A stretch of 63,890 nucleotides of DNA, counting the filler, from Reticulomyxa filosa (Eukaryota; Protista; Foraminifera): assembly GCA_000512085.1 (NCBI GenBank). It is 20 parts of 20 records of this genome, joined end to end, with 100 filler letters (N's around TTAATTAATTAA, not from the genome) between each part and the next. Parts side by side here need not be neighbours in the genome. Positions count along the whole stretch, not along the records: positions 62,719 to 63,890 come from ASPP01005100.1; 19 more parts are not named here. One strand, given 5' to 3'. The notes below the pieces were generated by a model that searched no databases, had not been told where the DNA came from, and saw only the letters and a program-made list of their open reading frames with translations. Both the position numbers and the translations under genes were made by a program. Below are positions 62,765 through 63,890 of this stretch, in pieces. The stretch's first letter is position 1, and every line of letters begins with the position of its first letter.

Positions 62765-63819
62765 AAGAATCAAGACAATTAAAGATTGAAAATGAACAAT
62801 TAAAATGGAAAGTGCAGTCAAATGAACAAGAAAATGGTGACAACATCTCAAACTTAATGAATGAAAATGCGGTTTTGAAACATCAATTGTTGCAATGTCA
62901 ACAACAAATTACGCAATCAGATTCTTATTTGGTCTGTCCAAAAATGAAATTGTATTGTACTGTATATGTCGTAACTTAAAATGGAGAAAAAATTTTAATA
63001 CATAGCAAAAAAAATTGGCCGAAATTGAACAACTGACTGAAGAACTCAAAGCAAAAAAAGAGGAACTAAAAAAATGGAAAAGGGAAATACCAAGAAAAGA
63101 CAATCGACATTTGAACAAAGAAGATGAAGACAAGATAGCACAAGATAACTCCCAAGAAGAAATGGCCGAGCATAGCAATGCCAAATTGCCAAAGAAACGT
63201 GTGATTAAAAAAAAAGATCAATTGTTGGAGCAAAATAAGAAATTATTGAAATTACTGAAAGAAAACTATGCTAATGTAAATAGGGGCGATGATCACAAAG
63301 AATACAATGGTGATAATGACAAAGTATTGATGTCCACTTCTGAACATATTCATTCATTTCCTTTTGAATTAGTATGCACTTTCAAGCTGATCAAGACTTT
63401 CAGTGGACATAATGGATGTGTAAATAGTATTGATTATTCAACATTTGATGGTGGTCAATTTCTCTGTTCTGGATCGGATGATAAAACCATTCGTGTATGG
63501 GATACAGATGCAGCCAAGCAAATCAAGCTTTTGAATGGACATGATGAATATGTAAATTGTGTAAAATTTTCACTATATCATTACTATAACAATCGTCGTA
63601 TGGTCATTTGCTCTGCATCTGATGACAAAACGATTCGATTTTGGAATTTTGAAACCGAAAAAACCATGCAAGTATTCACTGGACATGACAAAGGTATTCT
63701 TAGTATTCAATTCTCATCATTCGGTGGTGGTCGCTATTCGTGCTATGCATCATTTGATAAAACAATTCGTTTATGGTATGTTGAAACTTCCAAATCATTG
63801 CATGTTTTTAAAGGACATA
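62765..63819 (+). pseudogene. Coiled-coil plus WD40 family gene interrupted by a transposon
   Basis: Coiled-coil exons, then family WD40 repeats that break off at SKSLHVFKGH|T where TIR sequence begins. Confidence 0.85.
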
Positions 63820-63890
63820 CAGTAGGTTGCAAAGAAAACTAAACACCTAAAACGATATCATATGATGATAATTGATTTTCTCCATGAAAA
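63820..63890 (+). mobile_element. Left TIR of the Tc1/mariner-family element
   Basis: TA|CAGTAGGTTGCAAAGAAAACTAAACACCTAAAACG...GATTTTCTCCATGAAAA matches the TIRs at 25999 and 26525. Confidence 0.85.

Overview
This window is not one locus. It is 20 unrelated short contigs joined by 19 artificial 100-bp spacers (N44-TTAATTAATTAA-N44, stops in all six frames), so gene neighbourhood is only meaningful inside a contig. Eighteen contigs are very AT-rich, intron-containing eukaryotic DNA. Their expanded WD40, kelch-like and RING/TRAF families and poly-Asn tracts resemble a rhizarian/foraminiferan such as Reticulomyxa (inferred from gene-family style, not tested). Two contigs (51082-53508 and 61545-62618) are GC-rich bacterial DNA. 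Housekeeping genes include a Pol X, glutamate dehydrogenase, MECR, a 2-Cys peroxiredoxin, a Fes1/HspBP1-like factor, a GH47 mannosidase and a PBD-RhoGAP. Mobile DNA includes one Tc1/mariner family (a decayed transposase copy, two MITEs and one fresh insertion into a WD40 gene) and RNase H-containing LINE remnants. The best candidate for an undescribed system is a multicopy gene family joining CUE/UBA-like, PUB and PH-like modules to an R-S-E-clade (toxin-type) ADP-ribosyltransferase domain; an inverted, catalytically dead copy of that domain lies next to it. Other notable items are a head-to-head pair of G-alpha genes with rewired GTPase motifs, a CaaX-tailed Cdc123/R2K ATP-grasp enzyme, modular WD40 receptors with swappable N-termini, and a leader peptide upstream of a bacterial rsgA paralogue. 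Many single-base frameshifts lie in homopolymers and may be sequencing errors.
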